Assembly: GCA_964653805.1 (NCBI GenBank)
Contig: CAZZFS010000002.1
Location: forward strand, 81,768 to 145,767
Origin: an uncultured Clostridiaceae bacterium
Lineage (GTDB): Bacteria; Bacillota; Clostridia; TANB77; CAG-465
DNA: 64,000 nt
Direction of reading: 5' to 3'
The notes beneath the pieces were generated by a model. It saw only the letters and a list, made by a program, of their open reading frames with translations. It was not told the origin of the DNA and ran no database searches. The number at the start of each line of letters is the position of its first letter. The first letter of the stretch is position 1. Shown piece by piece: positions 59,619 through 64,000 of the stretch. The position numbers and the translations under genes are program-made.

Positions 59619-61724
59619 TTATACTTTCATTAAATCTTTAGCTGTTAAACTAAATTTACCTTCGTTTCCTACTTCTATTACTTTAACTAATAGTTCTTCA
59701 CCAACTTTTAAAACATCTTCAACTTTTTCAACTCTTTCGTTAGATATTTTTGAAATATGTAATAAACCTTCTTTACCTGGTAAAACTTCAACTAATGCAC
59801 CAAATGCTAGTAATCTTGTAACTTTACCCATGTAAACTTGATTTAATTCAATACTTTTTGTTAAATCTTCTATCATTTTAATTGCTTTATCCATATTTTC
59901 TTGTTCTACACCAGCAACAAAAACAGTTCCATCATCTTCTATATCTATTTTAACACCAGTTTCATCTATAATTTTATTTATAGTTTTACCACCAGCACCT
60001 ATTATATCTCTTATTTTATCTGGATTAACTTTTAATATTTCAACTTTAGGAGCATATTTAGATAATTTAGTTCTTGGTTTATCAATAGCTTTAAGCATAA
60101 CTCTATCTAATATATCAATTCTAGCAACTCTAGTTTTTTCAAAAGCTTCTTCTATTATTTCATAAGTAAGTCCATCAACTTTGATATCTACTTGAATTGC
60201 TGTTATACCTTTTTTACTACCAGCAACTTTAAAATCCATGTCTCCAAAGAAATCTTCAATACCTTGAATATCAGTTACCATTATATAATCTGAAGTATCT
60301 CCATTTTTAGTAAATAATCCTGTTGATATTCCAGCTACTGGAGCTTTTATTGGAACACCAGCATCCATTAATGCTAATGTAGAAGCACATACACTACCTT
60401 GAGATGTTGAACCATTAGAACTTAAAATTTCAGATACAACTCTTATTGTATATGGAAATTCTTCTTTTGATGGTAAAACAACTTCTAAAGCTTTTTCTGC
60501 TAAAGCCCCATGTCCTATTTCACGTCTTCCAGGACCACGAGATGGTCTTGCTTCACCAACACTATATGGTGGGAAATTATAATGATGCATATATCTTTTT
60601 GTTACTTCATCATCTATACCATCAAGATTTTGTTCTTCTGAAACACTACCAAGAGTAACCATTGATAATACTTGTGTTTGACCACGAGAAAATAATGCAC
60701 TACCGTGAACTCTTTCAAATAAACCAACTTCAGCACTTAATTCTCTAACTTCATCTAAATTTCTTCCGTCAACTCTTTTTGATTCTTCTATAACTAAAGA
60801 TCTAACAGCTTTTTTTTCTGCTTTATATAAAGCTTCAGATATCATAGATTTATTCTTTTTATATTCTTCTTCACCATATTTTTCAATATATAAATCTTTT
60901 ACTTCTTTATTTACTGCATCTACATTTAAATCTCTAGTAACCTTATCTTTTTCTAAAACAGCTTCCTTTAATTTAGCACTTGCTATTTCATCTACATAAT
61001 CAACTAATTCTTTTGGAACAGCAAAAGATTTATATTCTGATTTAGGTTTACCTATTTCAGTTTTTATTTCTTTCATAAACGCACATAATTTTTTAATTTC
61101 TTCATGTCCTAATTTTATAGCATCTAACATTGTTTTTTCATCAACTTCATTAGCTCCTGCTTCAATCATACATATTTTTTCAGGTGTTCCCGAAATTGTA
61201 AGTTCAAGTAGTGAACTTTCTCTTTGATTAAAATTTGGATTTAAAATTAATTCTCCATCAACAAGTCCAACTTTTATAAAACCAACTAATGCATCAAATG
61301 GTATATCTGATATATTAAGTGCAATAGCAGCACCTATAGAAGCTGGAATCTCAGGTAATATATCTGGATCAACAGCTAAAACTAATGCATTTATAGAAGT
61401 ATCGTTTCTATAATCTTTTGGAAATAATGGTCTCATAGGTCTATCTATAACACGTGATACAAGAGTAGCCTTTGTTGAAGGTCTACCTTCTCTTTTTATA
61501 TATCCACCTGGTATTTTACCAACTGCATATAATCTTTCTTCATAATCAACAGAAAGTGGTAAAAAATCAATACCATCTCTTGGTTCTTTTGACATAGTAA
61601 CATTTACTAAAACAGCAGTTTCACCATATCTAACTAGACAAGACCCATTTGCAAGTCCAGCCATTTTACCTGTTTCTACAACAAGTTGCTTTCCAGCATA
61701 AGTTGTTTCATATTTTTTAAACAT
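59619..61724 (-). CDS. pnp: Polyribonucleotide nucleotidyltransferase (PNPase)
   Basis: Two RNase PH domains plus KH (GGKTINKIIDETG) and S1 (GKVTRLLAFGALVEV) domains. 701 aa. Confidence 0.97.
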   Translation of the reverse strand: MFKKYETTYAGKQLVVETGKMAGLANGSCLVRYGETAVLVNVTMSKEPRDGIDFLPLSVDYEERLYAVGKIPGGYIKREGRPSTKATLVSRVIDRPMRPLFPKDYRNDTSINALVLAVDPDILPEIPASIGAAIALNISDIPFDALVGFIKVGLVDGELILNPNFNQRESSLLELTISGTPEKICMIEAGANEVDEKTMLDAIKLGHEEIKKLCAFMKEIKTEIGKPKSEYKSFAVPKELVDYVDEIASAKLKEAVLEKDKVTRDLNVDAVNKEVKDLYIEKYGEEEYKKNKSMISEALYKAEKKAVRSLVIEESKRVDGRNLDEVRELSAEVGLFERVHGSALFSRGQTQVLSMVTLGSVSEEQNLDGIDDEVTKRYMHHYNFPPYSVGEARPSRGPGRREIGHGALAEKALEVVLPSKEEFPYTIRVVSEILSSNGSTSQGSVCASTLALMDAGVPIKAPVAGISTGLFTKNGDTSDYIMVTDIQGIEDFFGDMDFKVAGSKKGITAIQVDIKVDGLTYEIIEEAFEKTRVARIDILDRVMLKAIDKPRTKLSKYAPKVEILKVNPDKIRDIIGAGGKTINKIIDETGVKIDIEDDGTVFVAGVEQENMDKAIKMIEDLTKSIELNQVYMGKVTRLLAFGALVEVLPGKEGLLHISKISNERVEKVEDVLKVGEELLVKVIEVGNEGKFSLTAKDLMKV

Positions 61725-61751
61725 AAAAAATTTCCTCCTTCAATTTATCAC

Positions 61752-61823
61752 AAGAGGATGTAATAATAATTTCTAAATATAGTGATTTTTATACTCACAA
61801 ATTATTACTACATTACTCCTCTT
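61752..61823 (-). promoter_or_regulatory. 5'-terminal long stem-loop in the pnp leader
   Basis: The arms 61801-61823 and 61752-61770 pair in three segments: AAGAGGA/TCCTCTT, TGTA/TACA and TAATAAT/ATTATTA. The structure starts ~5 nt after the predicted TSS and ends ~17 nt before the RBS. Confidence 0.55.
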
Positions 61824-61834
61824 ATACAAGATAT

Positions 61835-61863
61835 ATTATACTATAATATACAAAATTCTTCAA
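61835..61863 (-). promoter_or_regulatory. pnp promoter
   Basis: On the minus strand: TTGAAG (61863-61858), 17 nt, TATAAT (61840-61835). Confidence 0.6.
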
Positions 61864-61988
61864 GCATAATACATAAAAATAAATAGTTTTTAATTAAATG
61901 ATTATGCTTTGTTTTTATAAAAAATTTGCTTAATTATAGTTTAACTTTAGTTTAATTAGATTTTCAGCGATGTGGTTTTACATAATAA

Positions 61989-62031
61989 AAACCATAAATT
62001 ACGAAAATATAAAATTCATAATTTATGGTTT
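61989..62031 (-). terminator. Second of two tandem terminators upstream of the pnp promoter
   Basis: 13-bp perfect stem, AAACCATAAATTA with TAATTTATGGTTT. T-rich sequence follows on both strands. Confidence 0.6.
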
Positions 62032-62045
62032 TGCTTTTCAAAATA

Positions 62046-62078
62046 AAAAATGAACTCAAATATTTTGAGTTCATTTTT
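62046..62078 (-). terminator. Terminator after the small Cys-rich gene
   Basis: AAAAATGAACTCAAA pairs with TTTGAGTTCATTTTT (15 bp, 3-nt loop), bidirectional in form. Confidence 0.7.
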
Positions 62079-62112
62079 GTTTTTTGATTCAAGTTATTTA
62101 CAACTTAAATCA

Positions 62113-62322
62113 TTATTTTTTAATAGGTGCGTGAGCACTACAGTATTCACCACTTTTTGTATTTTCTCTTCGACTCTGACAATACCCCGCTCCATTTTCT
62201 TTGTGCTGGTAATAAACACAATTACCACAATTTTCGTAACGACGATTTTGAACTACCATGTTTTCTACATCAACAACTACACAACTTTTTTTCCGACTTG
62301 TTTCAACAACATTCTTTTTCAT
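62113..62322 (-). CDS. Small cysteine-rich protein (possible zinc-binding)
   Basis: 69-aa ORF with an AAGGTGG RBS 7 nt upstream. It has 5 Cys plus His (C..14..CGNC...C...CSAH). The overlapping plus-strand ORFs are low complexity. Confidence 0.55.
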   Translation of the reverse strand: MKKNVVETSRKKSCVVVDVENMVVQNRRYENCGNCVYYQHKENGAGYCQSRRENTKSGEYCSAHAPIKK

Positions 62323-62435
62323 CTTGTTACCACCTTTTAAATTTTTTTTGGTTCTTTTTTTATTTATACAGATTATACCATATTATCATTATTTTGTAAA
62401 CAAATTCACATCTTTTTGTATAAATAAATGTAAAC

Positions 62436-63209
62436 TTATCTATTTTTAATGCTATTTGTTAATATATGAACATTTAAATCCTCAAAACAACTAAAATCAG
62501 CATTAAAAAAATCCAAATTCCCTTTCAAATTAAATTCAAAATAATTCTTAACAAACAAATCAATATCAGCACCTATGTATTTTTTAATGAATTTCATTGA
62601 TTCTATATTATGATTATATTTTTTTTGATCATAATAATAATAATTCTTTTGCAAAATATTATTATATAAATATTCAGCAACAATATCAGTAAAAATTTCA
62701 TTTAAATTCATAACAGCAGTTTTTGAAAAATTAATTTGTTTTAAGTTAAAATATTCATAATAAAATTCTTCAATGCCACCAATATAACTTAATTCGATTT
62801 TGTTTTCAACTTTTTTTATTGAATAATCACTTAGTGAAAAAAGATGACTTGCTTCATGAAATATTGTTTTCTTTAACTCTTCACAACTACTCAACCGCAT
62901 CAAATTCATTATCGGATAAATTTTAAAAATTTCTGATTCATGTATTTGAGGTGGCAAATTAGTAATATTAGAAGTATTATTATTTTTTAATTTCAATTCA
63001 ATATACTCACCATTATCTAAAAATAATTCATAATCAATATATTCATCTTCAAAATCATTTATGGATATATGAACATTTTTAATTACATCTTTTATTTCCT
63101 TTATTCTCCTTTTGGTAATAATTTTATTTTTATTTAAAAAATTAATCATATCAAATAACAGTTCACTCACATAGTTTTCATCAATAATGTTTTTTTGTTG
63201 GAAATTCAT
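62436..63209 (-). CDS. Hypothetical protein with an HExxH motif (putative zinc metallopeptidase)
   Basis: Start set at the ATG after AGGTGG. Contains TIFHEASHLFS (HExxH). No other recognisable motif. Confidence 0.5.
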   Translation of the reverse strand: MNFQQKNIIDENYVSELLFDMINFLNKNKIITKRRIKEIKDVIKNVHISINDFEDEYIDYELFLDNGEYIELKLKNNNTSNITNLPPQIHESEIFKIYPIMNLMRLSSCEELKKTIFHEASHLFSLSDYSIKKVENKIELSYIGGIEEFYYEYFNLKQINFSKTAVMNLNEIFTDIVAEYLYNNILQKNYYYYDQKKYNHNIESMKFIKKYIGADIDLFVKNYFEFNLKGNLDFFNADFSCFEDLNVHILTNSIKNR

Positions 63210-63410
63210 TAAAACCACCACCTTTTATTTTTTATTTTTTTTAACAAGAAACTCTTCTTGTATTACACACATTTTTATGTCAATATTATACTATCTTTTC
63301 ATTTTAATGTCAATCACTTAAATATTTAATCAAAATAAAAAATGATAAAATTCAATTTTCATTAAATTCTACCATTTTTATTTCATTAATCATATTATAT
63401 TAAAAAATAT

Positions 63411-64000
<590 letters not shown>

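Overview
Very AT-rich, Firmicutes/Clostridia-like chromosomal segment. About 65 real genes lie on the minus strand and only one on the plus strand (13194-13715), which fits leading-strand bias. Most of the window is core housekeeping. It includes uvrA, uvrC, murD, a SWIM-SNF2 helicase, spoVG, recO, era, tex, a DEAD-box helicase, rubrerythrin, uppP, PBP1A, plsY, der and fba. A tightly spaced run pnp / P-loop-Asp23 / membrane protein / glyQS / cdaA / greA is probably one operon. No tRNA, rRNA, CRISPR array, IS element or integrase is visible. The first ~11.5 kb is more accessory, with four GNAT acetyltransferases, DUF-type and orphan proteins and two frameshifted genes. A third frameshift splits the family II pyrophosphatase gene ppaC. 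The most unusual item is non-coding: a 600-bp spacer downstream of uvrC holds two tandem ~165-bp repeat units. Each unit has a promoter-like element, a covarying long-range helix, a conserved C-containing loop block and a terminal hairpin with a U run, so this may be a duplicated small-RNA gene. Other observations are a LexA-like palindrome inside a consensus uvrA promoter, a two-copy dispersed hairpin element, a 5'-terminal stem-loop in the pnp leader, a pilin-like/DUF2207 envelope cluster, and paralogous membrane-anchored proteins preceded by long spacers. All family names come from motif recognition by eye and memory, not from database searches.
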